DNA of 64,000 nucleotides. Origin: Thiotrichales bacterium. Its GTDB lineage: Bacteria; Pseudomonadota; Gammaproteobacteria; GCF-002020875. The notes beneath the pieces are model-generated. The model made no database searches. It was given only the letters and a program-made list of their open reading frames with translations, and was not told the origin of the DNA. The first letter of the stretch is position 1. The number at the start of each line of letters is the position of its first letter. The stretch spans positions 2,829 to 66,828 of the forward strand of contig JABHVM010000040.1 of NCBI GenBank assembly GCA_018658305.1. The letters are read 5' to 3'. Shown in pieces: positions 19,569 through 30,336 of the stretch. A program made the position numbers and the translations under genes.

Positions 19569-21791
19569 ATGATTATTCGTGTAGCCATTCTCTCCCTGCC
19601 TATTAGAAGAAGTTTTGACTATCTTCCGATTCAAGAGAGTCAAAAGGAGGAGAACTATCCAGCGGGGATACGAGTTAAAGTTCCATTTGGTCGCCAACAA
19701 AGAGTCGGTATTGTTATTGAGGTTTTACAGAGCTCTTCTATTCCTGAAGATAAACTTAAACCAATTCTAAATATTTTAGATAGCAAACCTCTACTTCCAC
19801 CAATACTGCATAAGTTAATGCTTTACAGTGCTAACTACTACCATCACCATATTGGAGAGGTGTATGAGAGTGCACTTCCTGTACTTCTGCGCAGAGGAAA
19901 AGCAGCAACTGAAGAGATGATAAACCTCTACTGCGCTACTACAACAGGCGACAGTGACAAGAATCAACTTGAACTCAAACGAGCTCCTCGCCAAAAACTA
20001 CTGTTAGATATTTTGCAACAACATCCAGATGGAATGAGTAGTGAATCCATTCGAGATGTTTTCTCTAACTGGAACTCTCCTATGGCTGGCCTTATTAAGA
20101 GAGGCTTGGTTATTAAGCGCAGTGAAGCGATAGAGTGCTCTTCTATTAAAGAGCAAAGTGAAACTTATAGTAATATACTAAAAGAGCAACCTCTAACCTT
20201 AAACAGTGAACAGCAGAGAGCTGTAGATCTCTCCCACCATCTCCCTCTCCTGCTTCAAGGAGTCACTGGAAGCGGTAAAACTGAAGTATATCTGCAGATC
20301 ATTCAGAGAGTATTAGAGAGTGGTAAACAGGCACTACTTCTAGTTCCAGAGATCTCTTTAACTCCACAGACTGTGCAACGCTTTAGAGATCGCTTCAATA
20401 TCTACATCGTACTGCTTCACTCAAAAGTTAGTGATAGTGAACGACTTAATGGATGGCTTCAGGCTCGAAATGGAGAAGCTGGCATTGTTATCGGAACTCG
20501 TTCTGCAATATTCACTCCGCTTAAATATCCTGGGGTAATTATCATTGATGAGGAGCATGACGGTTCATTTAAACAGCAGAGTGGATTCCGCTATTCTGCC
20601 CGTGATATTGCTGTGCTGCGCGGGAGAGAAGAGAAGATTCCAGTTATTTTAGGTAGTGCCACTCCATCCTTTGAGAGCCTGTACAATGTCACCACCAAAA
20701 AATACCTACAACTACCATTAACTATGCGTGCGGGTGGAGCTAAACCACCTCAACTTTCATTAATAGATGTGCGTTCTCGTAAGATGAGAAACATGCTCTC
20801 CTCTCCACTTCTAGAAAAAATTCATGAGCATCTATCCAATAATGGGCAGGTTCTACTATTTCTTAATAGGCGCGGCTATGCACCTGTGCTACTCTGCCAC
20901 CACTGCGGATGGAGTGCGGTATGCGAACGCTGCGACATTAACTACACATACCATCAACAGAGAAAAAAACTGATCTGCCATCACTGTGGAAGTGAACGCC
21001 CCAAACCGCAACAGTGTCCAGAGTGCGGTAGTAGCGGGGTTAAAACTATTGGTGCTGGAACTGAGCAGATTGAAGAGGCACTACAGAACAACTTCAGCGA
21101 AACATCTATTGCTAGAATTGATAGAGACACCACCAGTAAAAAGGGGGCGCTAGACCGTAAACTGGAGCAAATTCACTCTGGCGATAACCAGATACTCCTC
21201 GGAACTCAAATGTTGGCTAAAGGACACCACTTCCCAAATGTAACGCTAGTTGCAATTTTAGATGCTGATGGTGGGCTTTTTGGATCTGACTTTCGCTCAA
21301 GCGAGCAGATGGGACAGTTGATTACGCAAGTATCTGGAAGAGCTGGCAGAGAGAAGCGGCACGGCGAGGTGGTTATTCAAACTCATAACCCTGATCACCC
21401 ACTACTTATAACTCTACTAAAAGCTGGCTATCCAGCTTTTGCCGAAGTCGCAATGAATGAGAGAAAACTAGCACAACTCCCGCCATATTCGCGACTTGCG
21501 TTAATTCGTGCAGATGCAATTGATCCACAGATAACAATTAAGTTTTTATCTGAAGTGAGTGTGATAGCTCTTCAGCTCACAACAACAGATAATACAATAG
21601 AGATACTTGGACCAGTACCATCTCCAATGGAAAAACGAGCAGGGCGTTATCGAGCACAACTACTATTTCAATCAACTCAACGCAAAGCACTCCATACTCT
21701 ATTAGAAACTTTGACGATTAAGGTTGATAAACTAAAAAGCGCGCGCAAAGTGCGTTGGTCGCTCGATGTAGATCCTATGGATATGCTATAA
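19569..21791 (+). CDS. priA: Primosomal protein N' (replication restart helicase PriA)
   Basis: 740 aa; Walker A GVTGSGKTEVY, DEEH box, two Cys4 zinc-binding clusters. Confidence 0.9.
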   Translation: MIIRVAILSLPIRRSFDYLPIQESQKEENYPAGIRVKVPFGRQQRVGIVIEVLQSSSIPEDKLKPILNILDSKPLLPPILHKLMLYSANYYHHHIGEVYESALPVLLRRGKAATEEMINLYCATTTGDSDKNQLELKRAPRQKLLLDILQQHPDGMSSESIRDVFSNWNSPMAGLIKRGLVIKRSEAIECSSIKEQSETYSNILKEQPLTLNSEQQRAVDLSHHLPLLLQGVTGSGKTEVYLQIIQRVLESGKQALLLVPEISLTPQTVQRFRDRFNIYIVLLHSKVSDSERLNGWLQARNGEAGIVIGTRSAIFTPLKYPGVIIIDEEHDGSFKQQSGFRYSARDIAVLRGREEKIPVILGSATPSFESLYNVTTKKYLQLPLTMRAGGAKPPQLSLIDVRSRKMRNMLSSPLLEKIHEHLSNNGQVLLFLNRRGYAPVLLCHHCGWSAVCERCDINYTYHQQRKKLICHHCGSERPKPQQCPECGSSGVKTIGAGTEQIEEALQNNFSETSIARIDRDTTSKKGALDRKLEQIHSGDNQILLGTQMLAKGHHFPNVTLVAILDADGGLFGSDFRSSEQMGQLITQVSGRAGREKRHGEVVIQTHNPDHPLLITLLKAGYPAFAEVAMNERKLAQLPPYSRLALIRADAIDPQITIKFLSEVSVIALQLTTTDNTIEILGPVPSPMEKRAGRYRAQLLFQSTQRKALHTLLETLTIKVDKLKSARKVRWSLDVDPMDML

Positions 21792-23135
21792 AATTTGCAA
21801 CAGTTTCTGGTGAATACCACCAAAACCACCGTTACTCATCACCACTACTGTATCGTCTGACCTTAACCATGCGGCGGCTGTAGAGACAATTTCATCAACA
21901 CTTTTATGAAGTGTTACACGATTACTGTCTAGATCTTCCTCTGCTATTGCTGCAGCGAGATCCCAAGCTAACTCTTCGCTATGCAGCAGCATAACACGAT
22001 CCGCCGCTTCAAAAGATTCGAGCAGACTCTCTTTATGGATTCCCATCTGCATGGTATTAGAACGAGGTTCCATAATGGCTAAGATGCGCTGCTCTTTAAC
22101 TTTGCCACGCACACCGTTTAGAGTAAGCTCAATAGCTGTGGGGTGGTGAGCAAAGTCATCGTAGATTGCAATACCATTGACCTCACCAATCAACTCCATA
22201 CGGCGTTTTACATTTTTAAACTTACATAGTGCTTCAATTGCGTATTTAGTCGGCACTCCAGCGTGTCGAGTCGCTGCTATTGCAGCAAGTGCATTACTAC
22301 GATTGTGCTTGCCAGTTAGCTCCCACTCTATCTTCCCGATTGATACACCATCAAGGATGACTGAAAATTTACTCCACGCTTGGTCATCTTGCTCTGCGTT
22401 CCATCTCTCTCCAATGGTCTCTACTGGAGTCCAAAGCCCTCTCGCTAACACCTCATCTATATCTTCTTCATACGCTGGATATATCACTAGACCATTAGCT
22501 GGCACGGTGCGAATAAGATGGTGAAATTGAGTCTGGATTGCAGCTAGATCAGCAAAAATATCAGCGTGGTCAAACTCTAGATTATTAAACACCAAAGTAC
22601 GAGGGTGATAGTGGACAAACTTAGAGCGTTTATCGAAAAATGCTGTGTCATACTCATCAGCCTCAACTACAAAAAATGGGGCGTTACCTAACCGTGCCGA
22701 TAATCCAAAATTTTGCGGAACCCCACCAATTAAGAAACCTGGGGTTAGACCTGCATACTCCAAAATCCATGCAACCATACTAGCAGTCGTCGTTTTACCA
22801 TGAGTTCCAGAGAGAGCCAACACCCAACGATCTTGCAGAATATTTTCAGCGAGCCATTGAGGACCTGAAATATATGGAATACCTTGATTGAGCATATATT
22901 CAACAGCAGGATTACCACGACTTAACGCATTGCCTACTACCACCTGATCTGGAGATGGGTCAAGGTGAGATGAGTCATACCCCTCTTGGAGAGTAATGCC
23001 TGCTGCTGCAAGCTGATCGCTCATCGGCGGATATACATTTAAATCAGAGCCAGACACTGTATGCCCAGCCTCTCGTGCGAGTAGCGCAATACCACCCATA
23101 AAAGTTCCGCAGATTCCTAGAATATGTATATGCAC
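21786..23135 (-). CDS. mpl: UDP-N-acetylmuramate:L-Ala-gamma-D-Glu-meso-DAP ligase (murein peptide recycling)
   Basis: 449 aa; Mur-ligase motif GTHGKTTT; Mpl-type N-terminus MHIHILGICGTFMGG. Confidence 0.85.
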   Translation of the reverse strand: MHIHILGICGTFMGGIALLAREAGHTVSGSDLNVYPPMSDQLAAAGITLQEGYDSSHLDPSPDQVVVGNALSRGNPAVEYMLNQGIPYISGPQWLAENILQDRWVLALSGTHGKTTTASMVAWILEYAGLTPGFLIGGVPQNFGLSARLGNAPFFVVEADEYDTAFFDKRSKFVHYHPRTLVFNNLEFDHADIFADLAAIQTQFHHLIRTVPANGLVIYPAYEEDIDEVLARGLWTPVETIGERWNAEQDDQAWSKFSVILDGVSIGKIEWELTGKHNRSNALAAIAATRHAGVPTKYAIEALCKFKNVKRRMELIGEVNGIAIYDDFAHHPTAIELTLNGVRGKVKEQRILAIMEPRSNTMQMGIHKESLLESFEAADRVMLLHSEELAWDLAAAIAEEDLDSNRVTLHKSVDEIVSTAAAWLRSDDTVVVMSNGGFGGIHQKLLQIL

Positions 23136-23155
23136 TAGGTGAGATCCTCTTATTG

Positions 23156-23668
23156 TTATGACGGTTTACCGCAACACTTCTTATATTTTTTACCAGATCC
23201 ACAGGGACAAGGATCATTGCGCCCAACCTTCTTTTCACTACGGCGCACTGTCTCTTGCTTTGGCATCTCACCATTCACGTAGACCCACTTACCATCTATC
23301 TTCTCAAAGTTAGCAACTTCGTGAGCTTGATGCTTACCACTTTTGTCACGATAACTAGCCTTAAACTCTACTACACCATGCGTATCACTCTCCCCCCCTG
23401 CGGAAGTTGCGACAACCTCTAACCCCAACCACTCTGAATCTTGAGACCACTTGCGTGCTGCGGCCTGATCATGATCTTCACGATGGCTTGGATGGAGTGA
23501 GTCATGAACATACTGAATCTCACTTTTAACATAAGCGCTATAGCGCGAACGCATCAATATCTCTGCGGTCGCTGGACTCTCTTTACCTGATAGGTATAGC
23601 TCACAACACTCTGCATAATTACTACCACTACCACATGGACAACTATCATTAACATCTGTACTACTCAT
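23156..23668 (-). CDS. ychJ: YchJ-family protein (UPF0225) with SEC-C metal-binding motifs at both termini
   Basis: N-terminal [13 protein letters not shown] and C-terminal [20 protein letters not shown]. Confidence 0.8.
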   Translation of the reverse strand: MSSTDVNDSCPCGSGSNYAECCELYLSGKESPATAEILMRSRYSAYVKSEIQYVHDSLHPSHREDHDQAAARKWSQDSEWLGLEVVATSAGGESDTHGVVEFKASYRDKSGKHQAHEVANFEKIDGKWVYVNGEMPKQETVRRSEKKVGRNDPCPCGSGKKYKKCCGKPS

Positions 23669-23704
23669 CTGCTCTACTCCTTAATTTTTACTATTCATAT
23701 TATA

Positions 23705-24211
23705 TTGCATTTCAAAGTGCACCCTGCGTATACTCTGCTGATTATGACAAACAGATCACAATCAAATAGACTACACGAATCTCTAAATGATTTACCAAAT
23801 GTAGGATTATCTCGACGCATCTTTGCGATATTATACGACAGCCTGCTACTTCTAGCACTACTGATGGTTGCAACCGCAATTGGAACTATCTTTACAGATG
23901 GAGAGGCAACCTCTCCAGGTAATCCATTTATGGCAACTTGGCTCTTCTTTGTTGCATTCTTCTACTTTGCTTGGCCTTGGCTAAATACGGGACAGACTTT
24001 AGGGATGAAGACTTGGCGTATTCTACTGCTACGCATTGATGGAAAACCTCTCACTCTTTGGCATATTCTGTTGCGCTTTCTAACCGCTATTCCATCAGTA
24101 GGATTAGGAGTGGGACTACTATGGATATTAATAAACAAGGATAGACTTGCCCTCCATGATATCTTCTCAGAAACTCGTCTAGCAGATATTAAAAACTTAA
24201 AACAGGTCTGA
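23705..24211 (+). CDS. RDD-family membrane protein
   Basis: Three TM segments with RDD-family topology; the start may be the internal MTNRSQ at 23744. Confidence 0.55.
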   Translation: MHFKVHPAYTLLIMTNRSQSNRLHESLNDLPNVGLSRRIFAILYDSLLLLALLMVATAIGTIFTDGEATSPGNPFMATWLFFVAFFYFAWPWLNTGQTLGMKTWRILLLRIDGKPLTLWHILLRFLTAIPSVGLGVGLLWILINKDRLALHDIFSETRLADIKNLKQV

Positions 24212-24217
24212 GCTAAG

Positions 24218-25282
24218 TTAAATTAAGTCGGACTTAGGCTCATCTGGCCAAGCACTAATTACCGCTTTCACTAATGTTGCCAGCGGGATTGCGAAAAATA
24301 CCCCCCAAAAACCCCAAATTCCACCGAAAAATAGTACTGCAACAATTATTGCTACGGGGTGAAGGTTAACTACCTCAGAGAATAGGAGCGGCACTAAAAC
24401 ATTTCCATCTAGCGCCTGTATAACCCCATAAATTAACATTGCAGTACCAAACTCGCTACTCCAGCCAAATTGATAAAATGCTACAGCAGCTACCGGAAGA
24501 GTAACTACAGTAGCACCAACAAATGGGACTAATACAGATAGCCCAACCAGCACTCCCAACAACACAGCGTACTGCAAACTTAAGAAGAGGAAAGCTATAT
24601 AGGTTGCAATTCCAACTGCGCTCATCTCCCAAAACTTACCGCGCACATAGTTACCAATCTGAAGATCTACTTCGCTCCAGACCTGCACAGCCAAGGAACG
24701 CTCTTTCGGAAGAAAATCTGCAATCCAACTAAACAGTTCATCTTTATCTTTTAATAAGAAAAAAACCAGCATTGGAACCAACACTAAATATATCAATATA
24801 GTAATAATTCCTGGAATATAACTTAGACTATTAGAGAGAGCATCCTTAGCAAATCCACTCATAGAGTTAGTAGCACTACTCGCAATATCGCTAACCTGCT
24901 GTGCACTTACTAAGGTAGGATAACTCTCTGGAAGCTGCTGCAAAATTTCTTTCCCCTCTTGCACCATTGCAGGTAAGGTTGAGATGAATTGAGTTATCTG
25001 TTGAGAAAGGAGCGGCAGAAGAACTACCAACATAAATATCATTCCTGCTAAAAACAGAAGATATATAAGAATAAAAGAGAAGTTCGGATTTGCTCCGCGG
25101 CGCTCTAACTGATCAATCGGTCGATCCATAAGATAAGCAAAAACTATTGCGACTAAGAGTGGACCTAATATTTTACCAAATAACAGTATCACTGCAAAAA
25201 CTACGGCTATCAGGATTAGCATAATTACTAACTGAGAATTTGAAAAGTTACGCTGAAACCACTGTTTAAAAATATTATCCAT
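24218..25282 (-). CDS. AI-2E family transporter (PerM/YhhT-like)
   Basis: 354-aa polytopic membrane protein with AI-2E family architecture. Confidence 0.7.
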   Translation of the reverse strand: MDNIFKQWFQRNFSNSQLVIMLILIAVVFAVILLFGKILGPLLVAIVFAYLMDRPIDQLERRGANPNFSFILIYLLFLAGMIFMLVVLLPLLSQQITQFISTLPAMVQEGKEILQQLPESYPTLVSAQQVSDIASSATNSMSGFAKDALSNSLSYIPGIITILIYLVLVPMLVFFLLKDKDELFSWIADFLPKERSLAVQVWSEVDLQIGNYVRGKFWEMSAVGIATYIAFLFLSLQYAVLLGVLVGLSVLVPFVGATVVTLPVAAVAFYQFGWSSEFGTAMLIYGVIQALDGNVLVPLLFSEVVNLHPVAIIVAVLFFGGIWGFWGVFFAIPLATLVKAVISAWPDEPKSDLI

Positions 25283-25307
25283 CTATTATCTCTCTAATAC
25301 CATCTAT

Positions 25308-25673
25308 CTAAATTTTATTGACATACTCATGATAACGCTTACTAAACAGCTCCTCCAACTCATCAATAACCTCAACCGAATCTCGTCCTCCCATCAAATT
25401 ACTACTCATCAAGTCTGCACTTTTTTTAAGTAGAGTATCAAGATCCAGCATCGAATAGCTCTTCCCCAGCCTTTTTATGGCATCTATAACTCTCTCATCT
25501 TTAGGGCGCGGTAGTGTGGTTATAGCTTCAACTTTATCTAGCGTATTGCTCTCTTCACAATTTTTAGCAGGTTGTCTACTTTGCAAAAATTCTGCATAAT
25601 TGAGTAGATCTGCCCCACTCTTCTCATCTAAAGATGCAAAGACATCTATCAGCTTTTTAAGATTCTGCTGCAC
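25308..25673 (-). CDS. Hypothetical protein, 121 aa, hydrophilic
   Basis: ORF only; its start overlaps the end of the LysR gene by 17 nt; no family recognised. Confidence 0.4.
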   Translation of the reverse strand: MQQNLKKLIDVFASLDEKSGADLLNYAEFLQSRQPAKNCEESNTLDKVEAITTLPRPKDERVIDAIKRLGKSYSMLDLDTLLKKSADLMSSNLMGGRDSVEVIDELEELFSKRYHEYVNKI

Positions 25674-26556
25674 AGTACTCCTTTGAGAACTCTAAAAGCT
25701 CTTCCATAGCTCGTAAGCGGAATTTCTGCTTCTGATGAACAAACGAGAATGGACGAACCATACGCTTCTCAAAGGGGACTATCTTAACTGTATTCAACTT
25801 TAACTCTTTCTGGATTGATGCTTTAGATATGATTGTTATCCCAATACCAGCCTCAACTGCCCCCTTAATTGCCTCTGGGCTACCGAGCTCCATAACCACA
25901 TTTAAATCTCCTGGATTTACGCCAGCCTCAGTTAAGTAGTCATGAATAACCTCTCTCGTTCCAGAGCCCTCCTCACGCCATATATATGGGTACTGCTTAA
26001 TCTTATCGACTTTAATGCTTTTCTCATTTGCCAAGGGATGAGATGGAGGTACAATAAGAACCAACTCATCTTCACGACATAAATTTAGTTGAAGCTTTTT
26101 ATTAGCGACTGGAGCCTCTACGATTCCAAGATCAATTATATTATTTTCAACCATCGATACCACACTATCAGTATTTCCTACTTTAAGGCGTACAATTACT
26201 GATGGATGTTTCTCATGGAATTTACCAAGCATATTTGGAACCATATATTCCGCAATGGTTGTACTCGCACCGAGAATCAATACTCCACTAACCTCACCAG
26301 TCATCTCTTTAACTGAATTATCCATCTCTTTATAGAGATCAAGAATACGCTCTACATACTCAAAAGTACGCTGTCCAACCTCAGTTAAGGTGATCCTATT
26401 ATGGGTGCGATCAAAGAGACGGGTATTAAACTGCTCTTCAAGTTGACGAACTTGAAAAGTTACCGCTGGCTGAGTCATATGAAGAGCTTCCGATGCTTTA
26501 GTAAAACTAAGCATCCTTGCCACTGTATGAAAAACTTGTAATCTTCGATCCGCCAT
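25657..26556 (-). CDS. LysR-family transcriptional regulator
   Basis: N-terminal HTH (FTKASEALHMTQPAVTFQVRQLEEQ) and a LysR substrate-binding domain. Confidence 0.85.
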   Translation of the reverse strand: MADRRLQVFHTVARMLSFTKASEALHMTQPAVTFQVRQLEEQFNTRLFDRTHNRITLTEVGQRTFEYVERILDLYKEMDNSVKEMTGEVSGVLILGASTTIAEYMVPNMLGKFHEKHPSVIVRLKVGNTDSVVSMVENNIIDLGIVEAPVANKKLQLNLCREDELVLIVPPSHPLANEKSIKVDKIKQYPYIWREEGSGTREVIHDYLTEAGVNPGDLNVVMELGSPEAIKGAVEAGIGITIISKASIQKELKLNTVKIVPFEKRMVRPFSFVHQKQKFRLRAMEELLEFSKEYCAAES

Positions 26557-26664
26557 AATATTTTAATACTCTACCTTTTGTGCATTGTTAATCTTTACCT
26601 ATAAACTACAATCTTAAAGATATAAGAGTATTTTATATGGCAAATATTATAACACTCAACCTAC

Positions 26665-27597
26665 TTAGAACTGAACTCCAAACTCACTCTGATACTTATC
26701 ACGGAACTCGTCCATATTAAAATTATGATTCTGAGTTCCATGACTCTCAATTTTTATAGAGCCAAGCAGTGAGGCAATTCTCCCCGTTACGCTCCACTCT
26801 AGATCATTAATAAGTCCGTAGAGAAGTCCTGCACGAAATGCATCACCGCATCCTGTTGGGTCAAGCGTATGTTCAGCCTCAACCACTGGAATCTCGATAC
26901 GATGACCATCTGCATAGATATACGCTCCTTCGCCTCCACGAGTTACTATCATTGCTGAAACTCGCTCTGCAATCTCTACAACACTCAACCCTGTACGCTC
27001 TTGCATCATAGCCGACTCATAGTCATTTACTGTAATATAAGTTGCCTGCTCGATAAACTGCATTAAGTCCTCTTTACCAAACATCGGTAGTCCCTGACCA
27101 GGATCAAAGATGAATGGAATATCTGCATTAGCAAATTGAGTCGCATGCTCTATCATTCCATCTCTTCCATCTGGCGAAACTATACCTAAAGATATATCTT
27201 TAGCATTGGAGATAACATTAAGGTGCGATGAGTTCATTGCTCCAGGATGAAATGCCGTAATCTGATTATCATCAAGATCTGTCGTAATAAATGCCTGTGC
27301 AGTAAAACTCCCATCTACCTGCTGAATATAATCAGTAGTAACGCCACAACTCTCCATCCACTCTTTATAAGGTCCGAAGTCAGTACCAACTGTTGCCATT
27401 GGTAGAGCCTCTTCTCCCAGCAAATTAAGGTTGTAAGCGATATTACCAGCTGTTCCACCGAACTCCCGCCGCATATCTGGGACTAGAAAAGAGACATTTA
27501 TCATATGTACCTTCTCTGGCAAGATATGGTTTTTGAACTTATCCGGGAAGACCATAATTTGGTCAAAGGCATACGAACCGCAAATCAGAGCTCTCAT
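26665..27597 (-). CDS. PfkB-family carbohydrate/nucleoside kinase (adenosine-kinase-like)
   Basis: Ribokinase-fold motifs including DPTGCGDAFRAG near the C-terminus. Confidence 0.7.
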   Translation of the reverse strand: MRALICGSYAFDQIMVFPDKFKNHILPEKVHMINVSFLVPDMRREFGGTAGNIAYNLNLLGEEALPMATVGTDFGPYKEWMESCGVTTDYIQQVDGSFTAQAFITTDLDDNQITAFHPGAMNSSHLNVISNAKDISLGIVSPDGRDGMIEHATQFANADIPFIFDPGQGLPMFGKEDLMQFIEQATYITVNDYESAMMQERTGLSVVEIAERVSAMIVTRGGEGAYIYADGHRIEIPVVEAEHTLDPTGCGDAFRAGLLYGLINDLEWSVTGRIASLLGSIKIESHGTQNHNFNMDEFRDKYQSEFGVQF

Positions 27598-27750
27598 CTT
27601 TTTCTCCTAAAATTATCTATATATTAATCTTAATATTCTATCAAAAAATATCATACCAAAAAGTATTATGCAAAAAAAATGTTTGCACTTTACTCTACAG
27701 TAGTTGAAAATAACGCTATTAATAAATTAAAAATTGTGAGTACCTAAATA

Positions 27751-28515
27751 TTGTCCAGCATAATCTATGAACAGCCATTAAATGAACGGATTAGAACTCT
27801 ACTAAGATTAGAGTCTCTATTTCGCAATATTAAAGAGACGATTAATGAACCAACTGCTGCTAGTAGTCATGCCACACTAGATAGACTCGCTGAAATTTTA
27901 ATCTTAACTGATCGCTCTGAACTAAAGAAAGATCTGATGAGAGAGATGGAGAATCATCACTTTACTTTAAGTGAATTTAAAGATCACTCTGGAGTTGACC
28001 ATAATAATCTGGATGATTTCATGAAGCGCCTTAAGTTTCTCAGCAGCGAGCTAGATGCAGAGCGCGGCAAGCCTGGTAAAGATATTCGTGATATAGAGTT
28101 CATAAAGAGCTTTAGACAACGCTCCAGCATTCCTGGCGGACTATCTGACATCGACTTCCCTCAGTACCACTACTGGCTAAATTTACCTGCAGAAGAGCGT
28201 ATAACTTCATTAACCGAGTGGCTATCATCTTTCGATATTGTGAGCGAGTCAACTTCACTAGTATTAGATATGATTCGCAAAAGCGCTACTCCAACCACTG
28301 CCGTTGCAAGCAAAGGATTTTATCAACATAGTCTTGACAAAGATACACCTTACCAGCTAATCAGAGTAACTCTTCCTATAGACTCCCCATACTATGTAGA
28401 GATTAGTGGTGGACGCCATCGCTTCTCTGTACGGATGATGTTACCTAACTTAGTAGATAGATCTCAACAGGCGACTGAAGATATATCTTTTCAGCTTACT
28501 ACCTGTATTTTATAA
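27751..28515 (+). CDS. zapD: Cell-division protein ZapD
   Basis: N-terminal YEQPLNERIRTLLRLESLF matches the ZapD (YacF) family; TTG start. Confidence 0.8.
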   Translation: MSSIIYEQPLNERIRTLLRLESLFRNIKETINEPTAASSHATLDRLAEILILTDRSELKKDLMREMENHHFTLSEFKDHSGVDHNNLDDFMKRLKFLSSELDAERGKPGKDIRDIEFIKSFRQRSSIPGGLSDIDFPQYHYWLNLPAEERITSLTEWLSSFDIVSESTSLVLDMIRKSATPTTAVASKGFYQHSLDKDTPYQLIRVTLPIDSPYYVEISGGRHRFSVRMMLPNLVDRSQQATEDISFQLTTCIL

Positions 28516-29109
28516 AAGAGTCTCTTTATCCTGCACCCAAAATGCTGTTATAGCTGCCACCCCTTGCCCACCTAACTGTTTCGCTTGTTGAATATGTTCA
28601 CTAGTAACACCACCTAGAGCATATACTGGAACCGTACAACTACTTACTAACTCAGAAAATTTATCCCACCCAAGCGGAGCTCTATCAGGATGGGTTTGAG
28701 TAGGAAGAACTGCAGAGAGAAGTGCAAACGATACCGGCACCTGTGCCGCCATCTCTAACTCCTTTCGATTATGACAAGAAGCTGAAATGATTCCAATCTC
28801 CCTCATCTCTAAACTTCCAACAACATAGTCACTTAACCTACCACCGTTTAAATGAACTCCGTCTGCTCCAACTTGAGAGACCCAAGCAGGATCTCCGTTA
28901 AGTAAAACCTTAGCTCCATAATTGTGCGCAAGAGAGACTACTCGATGCGCTCGCTGCAGATACTCCTCTCTGCTAAGCTCTGGCGCACGATACTGAAATA
29001 ACTTAATTCCACTCTGCAACGCTTGCTCCAACCTCTTAAAAAAGTGCTCTTCACTCTCTGCCTTACCTGTTATCAGATAACGCTCCGGGAGTTTCTCGGC
29101 TACACTCAT
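28510..29109 (-). CDS. Stand-alone ThiE/TenI-like (thiamine-phosphate synthase fold) protein
   Basis: 199 aa; matches the ThiE-like C-terminal domain that is fused to a MutT Nudix domain in Pseudomonas (the PA4400 type). No Nudix box is present here. Confidence 0.6.
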   Translation of the reverse strand: MSVAEKLPERYLITGKAESEEHFFKRLEQALQSGIKLFQYRAPELSREEYLQRAHRVVSLAHNYGAKVLLNGDPAWVSQVGADGVHLNGGRLSDYVVGSLEMREIGIISASCHNRKELEMAAQVPVSFALLSAVLPTQTHPDRAPLGWDKFSELVSSCTVPVYALGGVTSEHIQQAKQLGGQGVAAITAFWVQDKETLL

Positions 29110-30326
29110 GTTCTATACTCCGCATTAATCTGCACATACTCATGGGATAGATCTGTAGTCCAGACTGTTTCACTAGCATCTCCTCTTCCTATATCTATAC
29201 TAATTACAATCTCATCACGATCCATAACCTCCTGCCCAAGCTCTTCACTATAACTAGATGCCCTCCCCCCAGATTCAACAATAACAACATCATCCAACAA
29301 TATCTTTACCAGACTAACATCCAAATTATCTACTTCAGATCTACCAATAGCAGCTAATATTCGCCCCCAATTTGGATCAGATGCAAACAGAGCCGTCTTA
29401 ACTAGAGGTGAGTGAGCAACTGTAAAAGCTACATTTAATGCCTCTACAGAACTCTCTGCCCCAGTTACTTTAATAGTCACAAACTTTGTTGCCCCCTCGC
29501 CATCTCGCACCATCTTATGAGCAAGCTCTAACGCCACCTCCTCTAATGCCATCATAAACTGACGAGCTGCACTACTCTCGCCAACAATTAAATTTGGTAG
29601 AGTACTCTTTCCAGTGGCAATTACTACAAACGAGTCGTTAGTGGATGTATCCCCATCAATTGTAATTCTATTAAAAGAGTGCGCTACGACCTGTTCCACC
29701 ATACTCTGCAGAAGATCTGACTCTATAGCAGCATCGGTAGCTATATATGCAAGCATTGTTGCCATATTTGGATGAATCATTCCTGAACCTTTTGCGATTC
29801 CAGTAATAGTGACGCTGTGTCCATCAATTTCCAGCTGACTACTCGCCCCTTTGGGGAGAGTGTCAGTAGTCATAATGCCGTTAGCTGCATCTTCCCATCC
29901 TGTTACTGACAGTTCTGCAACTGCATCTGGTAGCCCATTAACTATCTGCGCAACTGGCAGCGGCTCTCCAATAACTCCAGTTGAAAATGGAAGAATTTGA
30001 TGTGGCTCACTATCAGTTAATTTTGCTAACGCAGCACATACGGATATAGCATCTAGATCTCCTTGCGCTCCTGTGCCAGCATTAGCATTACCAGTATTGA
30101 TAACGCAATACCGGGGAGCAGATATTTTAAGATTCTGTTTACAGAGAGAGACAGGGGCTGCGCAAAAAGCGTTCTGAGTAAAGACTGCGCCAACAGTTGA
30201 TCCCACTGCCGCTCCCATCACCACTAAGTCACGGCGTTGTTGGTAACGAACTCCAGCTGCAGTAGTACCGATGGTGAACCCAGCAACTGGGTGCATCTCA
30301 GGAAAAGTCAGATCTCCAACAGGCAT
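29106..30326 (-). CDS. argJ: Bifunctional glutamate N-acetyltransferase / amino-acid acetyltransferase
   Basis: 406 aa; ArgJ autoproteolysis region (ATML) and conserved family blocks. Confidence 0.9.
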   Translation of the reverse strand: MPVGDLTFPEMHPVAGFTIGTTAAGVRYQQRRDLVVMGAAVGSTVGAVFTQNAFCAAPVSLCKQNLKISAPRYCVINTGNANAGTGAQGDLDAISVCAALAKLTDSEPHQILPFSTGVIGEPLPVAQIVNGLPDAVAELSVTGWEDAANGIMTTDTLPKGASSQLEIDGHSVTITGIAKGSGMIHPNMATMLAYIATDAAIESDLLQSMVEQVVAHSFNRITIDGDTSTNDSFVVIATGKSTLPNLIVGESSAARQFMMALEEVALELAHKMVRDGEGATKFVTIKVTGAESSVEALNVAFTVAHSPLVKTALFASDPNWGRILAAIGRSEVDNLDVSLVKILLDDVVIVESGGRASSYSEELGQEVMDRDEIVISIDIGRGDASETVWTTDLSHEYVQINAEYRT

Positions 30327-30336
30327 CTTACTCTTC

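Noticed and set aside
25657-26556. Calling the LysR regulator CbbR on the grounds that prk is in the window
   Set aside because: It is not adjacent to prk or any cbb gene; its neighbours are a PfkB kinase and a hypothetical gene, so no specific LysR subfamily can be supported.
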